From assembly GCA_963813025.1 (NCBI GenBank), contig CAWEXO010000011.1:32001-96000 (forward strand): a stretch of DNA of 64,000 nucleotides, given 5' to 3'. The DNA comes from an uncultured Verrucomicrobiae bacterium. GTDB lineage: Bacteria; Verrucomicrobiota; Verrucomicrobiia; Chthoniobacterales; JAFAMB01. This document shows, piece by piece, positions 20,965 through 30,866 of the stretch (the first letter of the stretch is position 1; each line of letters starts with the position of its first letter). A program made the position numbers and the translations under genes. The notes beneath the pieces were generated by a model. The model saw only the letters and a list, made by a program, of their open reading frames with translations, searched no databases and was not told the origin of the DNA.

Positions 20965-21786
20965 ATGAAGGCAAGCCACAAATGGCTTTTGTTATTATTA
21001 ACGTTGCTCATTGTTTTCGTCATTGATTTTCCCATTTTGACAGTCGCGCTTAACTCCTTTCGAACGACGGACAACATTCTTTCCTCCAATAACCTCATTC
21101 CGACCGAACCCACTTTGGCGAATTACATCTACATCAACACCAGAACTCGGTTCTGGACGTTTCTGCTCAACAGTTCAATCGTGGCTTTGGCCAGCACCGG
21201 GCTGGGAATTGTTCTGGCCGCCCTGGCCGGCTTTGCTCTGTCAAGATTTCGCGCCCGGCTTCTTGCCTTTTATGATCAAGGCTTACTGATCGTTCAGATG
21301 TTCCCATTAATCCTGGCGATCATCCCGCTATTCATCTTTTTCCGTCGGTTGGACATGGTTAATAATTTCGTGCCGGTCATTCTGATCTATACCGTTACCC
21401 AGTTGCCGTTTGCCACCTGGATGTTGCGCTCCTACTTCGACAGCGTACCCAAAGAACTGGACGAGGCCGCCAAGATGGACGGCTGCTCAGCGCTGAGGGG
21501 GTTTGTCCAGATCATTCTTCCCCTGGCTGCTCCCGGGATCGCGGCAGTAGCGATTTTTTCGTTCCTGTTTTCCTACAACGAATTCTTTATCTCCAGTGTT
21601 TTTTTACGGGACGAAAGCAGGATGACGATGCCGGTCGGAATTCAGTCGTTCATGCAGCAGTATTCCACGGACTGGGGAAGCTTGATGGCATCGGCCACTC
21701 TGGGCATGATCCCGACCCTGATTCTGTTCCTGTTTATCCAGAAATACATGATCTCCGGCGCTACCGCCGGCGCCGTAAAAGGCTGA
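20965..21786 (+). CDS. Sugar ABC transporter permease
   Basis: ELDEAAKMDG EAA loop, DWGSLMA, FIQKY..GAVKG. Confidence 0.92.
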   Translation: MKASHKWLLLLLTLLIVFVIDFPILTVALNSFRTTDNILSSNNLIPTEPTLANYIYINTRTRFWTFLLNSSIVALASTGLGIVLAALAGFALSRFRARLLAFYDQGLLIVQMFPLILAIIPLFIFFRRLDMVNNFVPVILIYTVTQLPFATWMLRSYFDSVPKELDEAAKMDGCSALRGFVQIILPLAAPGIAAVAIFSFLFSYNEFFISSVFLRDESRMTMPVGIQSFMQQYSTDWGSLMASATLGMIPTLILFLFIQKYMISGATAGAVKG

Positions 21787-21802
21787 GACCAGGATATCTA
21801 CC

Positions 21803-22936
21803 ATGCCGAGACAAGCCACCCACCCAGAGACGGAACCTATCAACCTATCTTCCGCAAAACAAAGGATTCGGATTGGTATTATCGGGTGTGGGGAAGTAGC
21901 CCAGATCATCCATTGGCCGACACTGGGCCAATTATCTGATCAATACGAGGTTACCGCTCTTTGCGACGTCAGCCCGGTTATCCTTGAGCAGCTTGGCGGT
22001 CTTTGGAACATCGAGAACTTGACCACAGATCATCGAGAGCTGATCTCACGGACAGACGTCGACGCCGTTCTTGTTGCCAACCCGAACGCATTCCATGCCG
22101 AAGCAACCATGGATGCAATTAACGCCGGCAAACACGTACTGGTTGAAAAGCCGATGTGCATCAACCGGCGGGAGGCGGCGGAAGTTATCGACGCACAAAA
22201 AAGGCACAACGTTGTTGTGCAGGTTGGTTACATGCGCCGGTATGCACCGGCTTTTCTGGAAGCGTGCGCGGCTGTCAAAAGGATCGACGAAATCAAGTTT
22301 GCTCGGGTCCGCGATTTTTTGGGAAGGAACTCGCTAATCATCAATCCAACGTCGCGCGTGGTTCGGGATAAACACTTGCCGAAAGCGGTGAAAGATGAGG
22401 CAAAACGGCGTGAAAAAGATTTGGTGGAGGAAGCGCTCGGCGCGAAATCCACTGGAATACTGATCAAGGCCTATAACCTGATGCTTGGTCTTAGCAGTCA
22501 CGATATTTCCGCCATGCGTGAGTTATTGGGTATGCCGAAGAGCGTACTGTTTGCGGCCTGTCGGGGCAGCGGCCCTTATCTGACGGCCGAATTCGATTAC
22601 GGCAATTACGTCTGTCATTTTGAAACCGGCATCGACCAAATCCCGCGGTTTGACGCACACCTGGAGATCTACGGAGACCGCCAGGTGGTCCGGGTGCAAT
22701 ACGATACGCCTTATATCCGCAATCTTCCGATCCGTTTGTTTGTCACGGAGGAAAACGGACGGGGTGGAGTCTTGCACAAAAACTCTCACCCCTCATGGGG
22801 CGATCCTTTTGTCGAGCAGTGGAGGGCTTTCTATCGAAATGTCACGATGAGGACAGCGCCCAAAAGCAGCCCGCGCGATTTCGCTCATGACCTCGAACTG
22901 TTTGCGGAGATGATTCGCCTGATGCGTGAGTACTGA
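21803..22936 (+). CDS. Gfo/Idh/MocA family oxidoreductase
   Basis: IGIIGCGEVA, GKHVLVEKPM, VGYMRRY. Confidence 0.88.
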   Translation: MPRQATHPETEPINLSSAKQRIRIGIIGCGEVAQIIHWPTLGQLSDQYEVTALCDVSPVILEQLGGLWNIENLTTDHRELISRTDVDAVLVANPNAFHAEATMDAINAGKHVLVEKPMCINRREAAEVIDAQKRHNVVVQVGYMRRYAPAFLEACAAVKRIDEIKFARVRDFLGRNSLIINPTSRVVRDKHLPKAVKDEAKRREKDLVEEALGAKSTGILIKAYNLMLGLSSHDISAMRELLGMPKSVLFAACRGSGPYLTAEFDYGNYVCHFETGIDQIPRFDAHLEIYGDRQVVRVQYDTPYIRNLPIRLFVTEENGRGGVLHKNSHPSWGDPFVEQWRAFYRNVTMRTAPKSSPRDFAHDLELFAEMIRLMREY

Positions 22937-22986
22937 CTAGCAAAGTGCGTGAAATCACTTTGCTGGCTAACCTCGAATTGTCGTTT

Positions 22987-24015
22987 ATGTCTCGCCGCGC
23001 CAAACTCACCATGGACGATGTCGCCCGGGCTGCCCGCGTGTCCAAACAGACAGTTTCGGCTGTAATCAATAACAAGTCCGGGATCTCTGAGGAGACGCGC
23101 GCGCGGATCCGGCGGATCGTCGCAAAACTTGATTACCACCCCAATCTACTGGCCGGTAGCTTGCGGGCGCAACATAGCTTGACGGTTGGAGTGGTTATTC
23201 CCAGTATTACCAACCCGTTCTATCCGGAGTTGGTTCGCGGCGTCGAAGACGAGGCTCAGCGGCAAGGTTATTCGCTATTTTTGTGCAATTCTGACGAAAA
23301 TCCAGAGAAGGAGGTCAGCTACCTTCACCTCCTGCGTCGTCACCGGATTGCGGGCCTGATTGCGGTAACGGTAAAGGTCCATCCAGCCTGGACAGAAGCG
23401 CTGACAAACGTGGCCGCCCAAGGAATTCCGGTGGTTGTCATGCTCGGCGGTTATCGGCCTAATGACAAATTAGTTCAGATAAACGTCGATGACGAAGCCG
23501 GTTTCGTGAAAGCTACATCGCATTTGATCGATCTCGGTCATCGTCGGATCGCGATGATCCTCCCGCCTGAGCCACCCAACGAGAGTCCGAGAGTGTCGGG
23601 CTTTTTGAAGGCGCACGCGCAGTACGCCAGAGCGGTCGCACCCGAATTGCTGGCTCCTGGCGGATATCACGTCGCGGACGGCCAGCGCGCGGCGGCGTAC
23701 CTCATGCAATTGGATCCACCGCCGACGGCTATTGTTTCCGCAAATGACCTGGCCGCCATCGGAGCAATTCTCAAAATCAAAGCGCTCCATCGTCGCGTGC
23801 CGGAAGATGTCGCGGTGGTTGGGTACGACAATATCCAGATTTCTGAGTGGTACGATCCAACGCTTACAACGGTGGATCAGCCACATTATCAAATGGGTCA
23901 AAGAGCGATGCAGGAATTGCTGAAGCGCCTCGGAAACCCAAGAGCGCCGGCTCCGGTCGTGCGCTTCGAAACTTCGTTAATCATCCGCCGCTCATCGGGC
24001 GATCGGAGAGTATAG
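22987..24015 (+). CDS. LacI family transcriptional regulator
   Basis: TMDDVARAARVSKQTVS HTH, YHPN, NPFY, VPEDVAVVGYD, LTTVDQP. Confidence 0.93.
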   Translation: MSRRAKLTMDDVARAARVSKQTVSAVINNKSGISEETRARIRRIVAKLDYHPNLLAGSLRAQHSLTVGVVIPSITNPFYPELVRGVEDEAQRQGYSLFLCNSDENPEKEVSYLHLLRRHRIAGLIAVTVKVHPAWTEALTNVAAQGIPVVVMLGGYRPNDKLVQINVDDEAGFVKATSHLIDLGHRRIAMILPPEPPNESPRVSGFLKAHAQYARAVAPELLAPGGYHVADGQRAAAYLMQLDPPPTAIVSANDLAAIGAILKIKALHRRVPEDVAVVGYDNIQISEWYDPTLTTVDQPHYQMGQRAMQELLKRLGNPRAPAPVVRFETSLIIRRSSGDRRV

Positions 24016-24074
24016 CGAGGAGGCTCAGCAGCGCGAAAGAAAAGCATTTCTCGCGCAGTGGCTTTGATTTGACC

Positions 24075-24260
24075 TTGTGGCGGCAGGGCGAAAAATTTGG
24101 AGAATGTCTCGTAACATCCGCTGACCCACGACCGGTAGGGCGAAAATTCACTCGAGCGCCAGCGAGAACTTGTTTGAGCCGTCTTGGAGGGGTGGCACAC
24201 CCCTTATGTCCGGCTCAAACGAGTCCTCGCTAAGGCTCGGATAAATTTTCGCCCTACCGG
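24075..24260. repeat. Family B composite repeat; intact 129-bp REPIN-like unit at 24132-24260 with CCGGTAGGGCGAAAATT termini
   Basis: Terminal IRs 24132-24148 and 24244-24260; the upstream ~55 bp is shared with 39884-39930. Confidence 0.88.
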
Positions 24261-24353
24261 ACACCGAGCCGTGAGACATTGCGGGAGGGTCTCTTTATAT
24301 ATACTCGCTCGGTTCCAGAACCGCCCAGAGTGCCGGCGTCACGACGGAAAGTG

Positions 24354-24641
24354 TCAGGGCTCCTGCTTCTGTTCTCTGACCTGGAGCTTCCCGACTTGCA
24401 GGGTTTCCACCTCCAAGTCGTCCACCTTCAAGTGCTTGAGATGAATTTCCTGCACGAGAATTTTCCGGACGATCAGCCGCCCAATTACCACAAAGCCAAC
24501 GGCCAGGGTTCCAATCGCCAAGGCGCCCACGGCCGCCGCCCCGGTCGCGCCGGCCGCGAGCGCCTGAGCAAACGTGGCGCGTGCAACCAGCGCTGCGCCG
24601 CGCCGACCGCAACGTTCGGGAGAAGTTTGCAAACGGTTCAT
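24354..24641 (-). CDS. Small hypothetical membrane protein
   Basis: Gly/Ala-rich TM (GALAIGTLAVG) followed by periodic L.V..L.V beta-type repeats. Confidence 0.5.
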   Translation of the reverse strand: MNRLQTSPERCGRRGAALVARATFAQALAAGATGAAAVGALAIGTLAVGFVVIGRLIVRKILVQEIHLKHLKVDDLEVETLQVGKLQVREQKQEP

Positions 24642-24686
24642 GGGTTCGACGTTCGACGTTCAATCTGTGGCATTCAAGGTTCAACG

Positions 24687-26324
24687 TTAAACCGAGTCTC
24701 CGCATTGCTTCCTTGCCGCTGCGACGCTCTGGTCCTCCCCAATGAATCGTTCGACTGGGTCGGATTCCTCGTCTGTCCTTCCAAATAGAAATACGCAACC
24801 CGCACTCAGAACCGCGATCAAGAGGGGCAGGGTGTAACGCGGGTGCCTATAAGCGAACACGCAACTCGCCAGATCAGCGAGAGCCCCGACCGCGATGAAA
24901 CTGAGTGCGACCAGGAATAGATCGGGATTCAACCGACGGCGACGAAGCCGCCAAATGCCGGCAAAGAAAAATAGCAAACACCACAATGCGATTGGCACAT
25001 CTTGCCAGTGGTTGATCAGCAGATCGGAATCTGCTCTCTTCAGCATCGCTTGCGCCGTGCTCAGCTGAAAAATCGGGAGTGGAGGAAGCTGACGCCAATC
25101 CGCCGGCGTCTGGTGGATATCACGGGCGAAAATCCAAGTCGCAAATGGGCCGGACCGGGCAACCCGAAAGTCGCTGGTTGGCGCCCAACTTTGCGCAAAT
25201 TCCTTGGCGATGATGCCAAGCAGCTTTGGCGGCGCCGCCCGGTAAAGGCAGAAGGCTGCTCGCACAATAATGCGATCCTTCTCCGCTTCCAGCTCCTCGC
25301 CGCTCCAACCCTGCGCCAGCAAGGCGTGTGCGATGGCTTGATCACCCCCGCGGTTATACGATCCGAATTTGAACTGCGCTTCAATCGCGAGCCGGACGTT
25401 GGCCTCATTTGTCAGAGCCAGAGCTCTTTCGCGAAATCGAGCATTCCCCTCCGGAGACAGCTCAGCGATAACGCGATTAAACCGGTCGCTGAAAGTTGCT
25501 CCGTCGGTCGGGCGCTCGATGACGGAGAAGTGTTTGCTCAAGAGGAAAACGATCGCGCGCTCACAGCCGGCAACGCTCAGGCCAATCGTCATTCCCAGCG
25601 CGGCAGCGCGCAACCATCGACGCCGGACAAGGTCACTACCGGCACGGACCCAGTGTTCAAACAACCACAAACTTGCGCCGACGGCGGGTAGCCAAAGCAG
25701 CAGGAGTGCATTCACCTTGCGCGATCCGATCGCGAGCAATAATGCAGCCGCATAGACTATCCAGTCGTTCCAGCGAGCCCTCTGAAACAAAGTGCGAAGC
25801 CCCACCGAAAAAACCGCGATCCACGTCAGGGCGGTCCATGCTTCCGATCCGGCCGTGTGCGCGAAAGCGTATAGACTTGCAAAAGAACTGAGTAAAATGG
25901 CCGCCAAACCACGCTGGTGGTTGGAACACCCAAGCGAGAAAAGGAGATAGCGGAGCGAAGCCCAAAGTCCCAAGTGCTGCAGGATAATCAAACTCCGTAG
26001 CGCGAAAAGCGATGGCTCTTGCTTCCCCCAAATCGAGGACAGGGTCCCGTGTTCCAGTGTGCCGGAAATCCAGAATGGAACCCGAGAGAGAAAACCGTAG
26101 AGCGGCGGGAAATGCAAAATGTTCGTCGCGCCGGCCGGCTCAAGCAGTTGCGCAAAGGCGTCGACATCTTTCCAAAACGGATAGTATCGGGCCAACAACC
26201 AGAACGAGGGCAGAGCCAGAACCCCGAGCGGATGTTCTCCTATCCACGTGATAATGGGATCCACCGTCTTACGTACCGCGGAAAAGGTCGTGAACAGGGC
26301 ACGACGCCGTCGATCATTGCTCAT
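24687..26324 (-). CDS. Hypothetical polytopic membrane protein (possible GT-C-like)
   Basis: Many TM segments, HFPPLY early loop, HPRYTLP late motif; start uncertain because it overlaps a heptamer array. Confidence 0.55.
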   Translation of the reverse strand: MSNDRRRRALFTTFSAVRKTVDPIITWIGEHPLGVLALPSFWLLARYYPFWKDVDAFAQLLEPAGATNILHFPPLYGFLSRVPFWISGTLEHGTLSSIWGKQEPSLFALRSLIILQHLGLWASLRYLLFSLGCSNHQRGLAAILLSSFASLYAFAHTAGSEAWTALTWIAVFSVGLRTLFQRARWNDWIVYAAALLLAIGSRKVNALLLLWLPAVGASLWLFEHWVRAGSDLVRRRWLRAAALGMTIGLSVAGCERAIVFLLSKHFSVIERPTDGATFSDRFNRVIAELSPEGNARFRERALALTNEANVRLAIEAQFKFGSYNRGGDQAIAHALLAQGWSGEELEAEKDRIIVRAAFCLYRAAPPKLLGIIAKEFAQSWAPTSDFRVARSGPFATWIFARDIHQTPADWRQLPPLPIFQLSTAQAMLKRADSDLLINHWQDVPIALWCLLFFFAGIWRLRRRRLNPDLFLVALSFIAVGALADLASCVFAYRHPRYTLPLLIAVLSAGCVFLFGRTDEESDPVERFIGEDQSVAAARKQCGDSV

Positions 26325-26357
26325 CGGTCGTCGGTCATCGGCCATCGGTAATCGATG

Positions 26358-28151
26358 TCAAACGGACTCACTAAACCGGTGATACAGGAACGATAGTCCG
26401 ACCAGCACCGCGCCCAAGGCCAGACAGGACAGAACCCGGCAAGGCGTTGACACCTCGGCGGTGTCGAAAGCAAGGACCTTGGCCACAGTAAGCAATAGAA
26501 GGCCGATCCCGGTTACTCGATAAACCCGGCGTTTTCGCCGTAAGCCGTAGCCCAGGAGACCAGCACCAAAAAAGCTCCAGAGAACGGAATACGCCGTTAG
26601 CCATGCGCGCGAAAAAAATTCGACATTGGACCGGGCCGCTTCACCATTCAGAAAACCGAATAGTGTTATCACTCCCAGAAGCTCGAACCAGCCGGCGTAG
26701 CGCCCCGACTGACCCGACGATCGCTCCGAAACGGCGATAAAAATTAAAGAGCCAATCACCACCGCCGCTGTCAGCCAGCGCAAGACCAGGTCAGTCGTGA
26801 ACGGATGATGACCGGCAAAACCGATGGGCCAATCAGCAACTCCCAGCGTATCTGACAGAACAAAACGGAGCGCGACGATCAGCGCTAAAACCGCTGTGCA
26901 ACCTCGCAGGAACCGGTCCTGTGTCCGGACGGCGACCAAAAACAAAACGACCATCTGAGCCGCCCAGAAAGCCGTGATCCACTCGGAGTGCAGAATGGTC
27001 GCGGCCGTAATCAACAGGAAAACCGCACCCTTCCCGATGAGCCAGCTCGCCCGCAGACCGGGCCGTGCCTGACGCCAGGCGCCTACCGCAAGGGAAAAGC
27101 AGAGCAAAGCATACACCAAGGTCACCAGCGAGGTCGGTAACCTCTCAAAGTGAAGCAAATGTCCGGAGTTCTCCGCGCAGAACAACCCGTTGACTACACC
27201 AACAACGAAACACCAAGGGCGCGAATCAAGCTCCGTTTGGAGAAACGGAACAATTGATAGAGAAAGGAAAAGGAACTGGTTAAAGCTGAAACAAAGGAGC
27301 CAGTGGTCCTCCTGACGATGAGAGAACATCCAGGTGCCATAAGCGATCCAGGTCAACGAAAACCGGAAAAAATCGATCCATGGCCAACGCTTCATGAAGG
27401 TCAGCAGCTGTCCGCCAATGTTAAGAACGATCAGGTAGGAAAAGAAAAGGACCTGTTCAACCGGCGAGATATGAAAAAGGATGGTGGCAAGAAATCCGCC
27501 CGCCAGGCTGAGCGCGCCCAAAGCTTGGGAATTCCAGTTCAAGGCCAGCGTGATGCCTAAAGCGGTTCCGGCTAGCATCAACGTCAAAGCCAACCAGGCG
27601 GGCAGCAGATCGTAGATCTGCGAAGCTGCGTACGCGGACAGATAAATCAATCCAAACCCGAGCGCTGCGATGCCAACATCCAGACCACGCAAGTTACGAC
27701 GCCGCAAAACCTCTCCAGAGGCGAGACAGAAGGCGCCAGCCACAAAGCCCGCGGTCACCTGCGTTGTTGGCCCCAACAGCTGAGTATCAAAGGCGTATTT
27801 CAGAAAAAACCCGGCACCGAGCAGCAAGATGAGAACGCCCAGACCGAGAAACCATTTCTGACCGACCGCCAGCTCAGTCGCTCCGGAATCCTTGATTGAA
27901 GGTGGCTGTCTCTTTTCAGAGGACTGGGCGCGCTGGCGATCTTCCGCCGCAGCAGTCGCCGGCGGCGGCTCCGCTTTACCACCAGTCCGGCTCGGACCGC
28001 CGCTCAGAACACTTACAGCGGGTGGAAAGGACTTTTTGAGGGTTTCAAATTCTTCCCGTAGTCGCTGCAGATCTTGCCGCAACCCCAAGTCTAGCCCGCA
28101 ACCGGGACAAAAATCCGCATTAGTCTGGATATGGCAGCGGGGACACTCCAT
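26358..28151 (-). CDS. DUF2339 domain membrane protein
   Basis: N-terminal CxxC zinc ribbon, ELAVGQKWF..LG..GAGFFLKYA, C-terminal KVLAFD..RVLS. Confidence 0.8.
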   Translation of the reverse strand: MECPRCHIQTNADFCPGCGLDLGLRQDLQRLREEFETLKKSFPPAVSVLSGGPSRTGGKAEPPPATAAAEDRQRAQSSEKRQPPSIKDSGATELAVGQKWFLGLGVLILLLGAGFFLKYAFDTQLLGPTTQVTAGFVAGAFCLASGEVLRRRNLRGLDVGIAALGFGLIYLSAYAASQIYDLLPAWLALTLMLAGTALGITLALNWNSQALGALSLAGGFLATILFHISPVEQVLFFSYLIVLNIGGQLLTFMKRWPWIDFFRFSLTWIAYGTWMFSHRQEDHWLLCFSFNQFLFLSLSIVPFLQTELDSRPWCFVVGVVNGLFCAENSGHLLHFERLPTSLVTLVYALLCFSLAVGAWRQARPGLRASWLIGKGAVFLLITAATILHSEWITAFWAAQMVVLFLVAVRTQDRFLRGCTAVLALIVALRFVLSDTLGVADWPIGFAGHHPFTTDLVLRWLTAAVVIGSLIFIAVSERSSGQSGRYAGWFELLGVITLFGFLNGEAARSNVEFFSRAWLTAYSVLWSFFGAGLLGYGLRRKRRVYRVTGIGLLLLTVAKVLAFDTAEVSTPCRVLSCLALGAVLVGLSFLYHRFSESV

Positions 28152-28387
28152 CGCTGGTTTTCTAGTTAGCTGCCGCGTCCGGCCAGCGCCATATCTTTTT
28201 GCGTCCCGAGTCCCGGGTCATGGAGTCCCGAGTCCCGGGTTTGCGAGTTCCGAGTCTTTGAACATCCTCTCGTTCCGGCCAGCGTCACTCAGGAACCAGG
28301 AACGCGCGCACGTCCGTACACGCGTGAGCACGCCCAACGCGTTGTGCGATCCCCTCGATCCCGTGACCCAGCAAGGTGTGTGCGTTG

Positions 28388-28912
28388 CGTAGCGCCGACG
28401 GCCACGTCGGTACTCTGGTGAACACGCCCAAGACGTCGCGCGATCCTCTCGATCCGGTGACGCTCAAGGCCGCGCTATGCAGAAGTCCAGAGCGTGCATT
28501 CATCTGGACTAAAGACCGGCCTTGCCTGGATTCCTTCGAAGATGATCGCGAAACCTTTCCAGCCGGACAGCATCACGAACGATGTGATCAAAGTCTTCCC
28601 GCATCCACAGAGTTCCCGAACCTCGCGGAGTGTGTTGATACGCCAGCAAAAGCAAGACTTTCACCTTTGCACCAATTTCTCTAATGGTTGCCATGGAATG
28701 ACCAGAACATGGACGTGATTCGGCGTCATTACGAAGTATCCAAGAGTTTCTGACTTCTTTTTTGCAAGATTGTCCAGTGGATCCCGCAATGTACCGACGA
28801 CGTCGCCGGCGTTACATATCACACCCACAGTCTCGTGCTCGTTGAGATCGACAGATTGCACAATGTGCTGGGCATCTCCCCCGGTCTACCGACGAGTGCC
28901 GTCGGCGCTACG
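28388..28912 (-). mobile_element. Decayed REP-associated tyrosine transposase (RAYT) locus flanked by inverted family A REPs
   Basis: REPs at 28388-28413 and 28887-28912 enclose the HUH-nuclease remnant. Confidence 0.75.
28509..28770 (-). pseudogene. RAYT/TnpA-REP (Y1 HUH) transposase remnant
   Basis: FVMTPNHVHVLV HUH motif; stop at the expected W of WKS; frameshift; then LW.REDFDHIVR...NPGKAGL; N-terminus missing. Confidence 0.8.
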
Positions 28913-29037
28913 TAAGACGCACGGGCATGCGTTAGCTTTTGCTCACACTGACCGACCATGGCCCGGAGACTCATCTCTAGCGGCGCCCGGCCAAACCACG
29001 TTGGGAACGCGGGATTCGGGACGCAGCTCGGGACTCG

Positions 29038-30474
29038 CTACCCGGAACTCGGGACTCGGGACCTAACAAACAGGTCCATCAGTTCGGCCGCCGTCAGTCT
29101 GGTTAAACTCACCGGATCGTTGAATGCGGCAACAATCCCCTCAACGTGCTCCTGCGAAAAGCGCGTCCCGAGGTTTCGCACGAATTTTTCTTTGAGCAAA
29201 GGAATGCCTTCCTTTCGCCGCCTGCGGTGTCCAATTGGATACTCTACTACCTCGACCGGCGTCTCACTGCCGTCCTGAAATCTTACCTGGACCGAGTTCG
29301 CGATCGACCGTTTGCCCGGCTCCAGGTAATCGCGGGTAAAGCCCGGATTTTCCCGGACCGTCATTTTGGCCCGTAGCTCGTCGATCCGCGGATCGGCGGC
29401 AACACGGTCTTCGTAGTCATCGGCTGACAAGGAGCCTTTAAGCAAAGCGATCGCTACCATGTACTGGAGACAATGATCGCGGTCGGCTGGGTTGCGCAGC
29501 GGCCCGGTCTTGTCAATAATGCGCTTGCCTGACTCTTGCGTCTCGATCGTCACCTGCGAGATCTCGGCGCAGCGCTCGGAAACGATGGGCGCAAGCTTGA
29601 CCGCTGCCTCGACCGCGGTTTGAGCGTGAAACTCGGCCGGATAAGAAATCTTAAAGAGAATATTTTCCATGACGTAGCTGCCGAAAGGCTGCGGGAGCCT
29701 TAAAGGAGCGCCTCGCAGCACAACATCCTGGAAACCCCAGCCAGGGGCGGTGATCGCGTTGGGATAGCCCATTTCTCCGCGCAAAGCTTGATAGGCGTGG
29801 AAGACGCCGCGCCCGGCGGCGTCACCCGCCGCCCAGCTTTTCCGCGATCCCGTGCTGGGGGCTTGTCGATATGTTCTCAAGGCGCCGCCATCGAGAAACG
29901 CGTTCGATACCGCGTTGATGATCTGTTCCCGGCTGCCACCAAGCATCCGAGTGGCTACTGCGGTCGAGGCGATTCGGACCAGAAGAACATGATCCAGGCC
30001 AACCCGGTTGAAACCGTTCTCCAGCGCAAGAACACCCTGGATCTCATGCGCACAGATCATTGCAGTCAGCACGTCAGCTATTCTCCAGGGCCGCCCACGG
30101 CGCGACTCGTAGTCGGCTAGCGCCAGGATCGCTCCCAAATTGTCAGAAGGATGTCCCCACTCGGCTGCCAGCCAGGTATCGTTGTAGTCCAGCCAGCGGA
30201 TCGCTGTTCCGATGTTGTAGGCGGCCCGTTCCGGATCGAGTTCGAATTCTGTCCCCGGCACCCGAGCGCCACCCGCCACCAGGACATCCGGCACGATCGG
30301 CCCCAGGAGTTTCGTGCAAGCGGCGTAGCCGAGAGCCAGGATCGCGCAACCCAGGCTGTCCATCAGACAAAGCGCGGCGGTTTCCCTGGCTAGATCGCTC
30401 CCCACTTCCCATCGGCAGACATAGTCGGCGATCTCTCGCAAGATGAGATCCGGGGAAGGCGTTTCACGTTTCAC
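29038..30474 (-). CDS. prpD: 2-methylcitrate dehydratase
   Basis: IRWLDYNDTWLAAEWGHPSDN, GSRKSWAAGDA, YPAEFHAQTA, NPADRDHCLQY, EYPIGHRRRR; downstream of prpC. Confidence 0.95.
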   Translation of the reverse strand: MKRETPSPDLILREIADYVCRWEVGSDLARETAALCLMDSLGCAILALGYAACTKLLGPIVPDVLVAGGARVPGTEFELDPERAAYNIGTAIRWLDYNDTWLAAEWGHPSDNLGAILALADYESRRGRPWRIADVLTAMICAHEIQGVLALENGFNRVGLDHVLLVRIASTAVATRMLGGSREQIINAVSNAFLDGGALRTYRQAPSTGSRKSWAAGDAAGRGVFHAYQALRGEMGYPNAITAPGWGFQDVVLRGAPLRLPQPFGSYVMENILFKISYPAEFHAQTAVEAAVKLAPIVSERCAEISQVTIETQESGKRIIDKTGPLRNPADRDHCLQYMVAIALLKGSLSADDYEDRVAADPRIDELRAKMTVRENPGFTRDYLEPGKRSIANSVQVRFQDGSETPVEVVEYPIGHRRRRKEGIPLLKEKFVRNLGTRFSQEHVEGIVAAFNDPVSLTRLTAAELMDLFVRSRVPSSG

Positions 30475-30587
30475 GTTTGGCGTTCCTTTAGGAGCTAGGA
30501 GCTAGAATCTGGGAGCTAGTAGATTTAGCAGTCATCAGGGTTTCAACGAAATAAGTCGGAAACTGGCCGCTGCTCCACTCCAAGCTC

Positions 30588-30866
30588 CTAGTGCACCGTC
30601 TCTCATATAATGGTGTCATCGTTGCGTTCAAAATGGGCCGCCGGCAAGGCACGAGGAGGGCGCATCTCTAAATCGATACGTAACCGACGAGCAACGCAGC
30701 CGCCGGCCCATTTTCAACGCAACCCTTTGGGCCGCGGCCAGTTGGCTGTTTTTCGGCGTTGCTCGCTCGACCCGTATGATTCAGATATGGGTGCTTCGCT
30801 CGCGCCTTGAAAAACAGCCAACTGACCTGCGGCGATGGCATCATTATATGAGAGACGGTGCACTAG
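30588..30866. mobile_element. MITE-like element with CTAG-ended 25-bp perfect terminal IR
   Basis: ctagtgcaccgtctctcatataatg (30588-30612) and its inverse (30842-30866); two internal hairpins. Confidence 0.7.

Noticed and set aside
12175..24015. Integrative island at tRNA-Arg
   Set aside because: No integrase and no duplicated tRNA 3' end seen in the window
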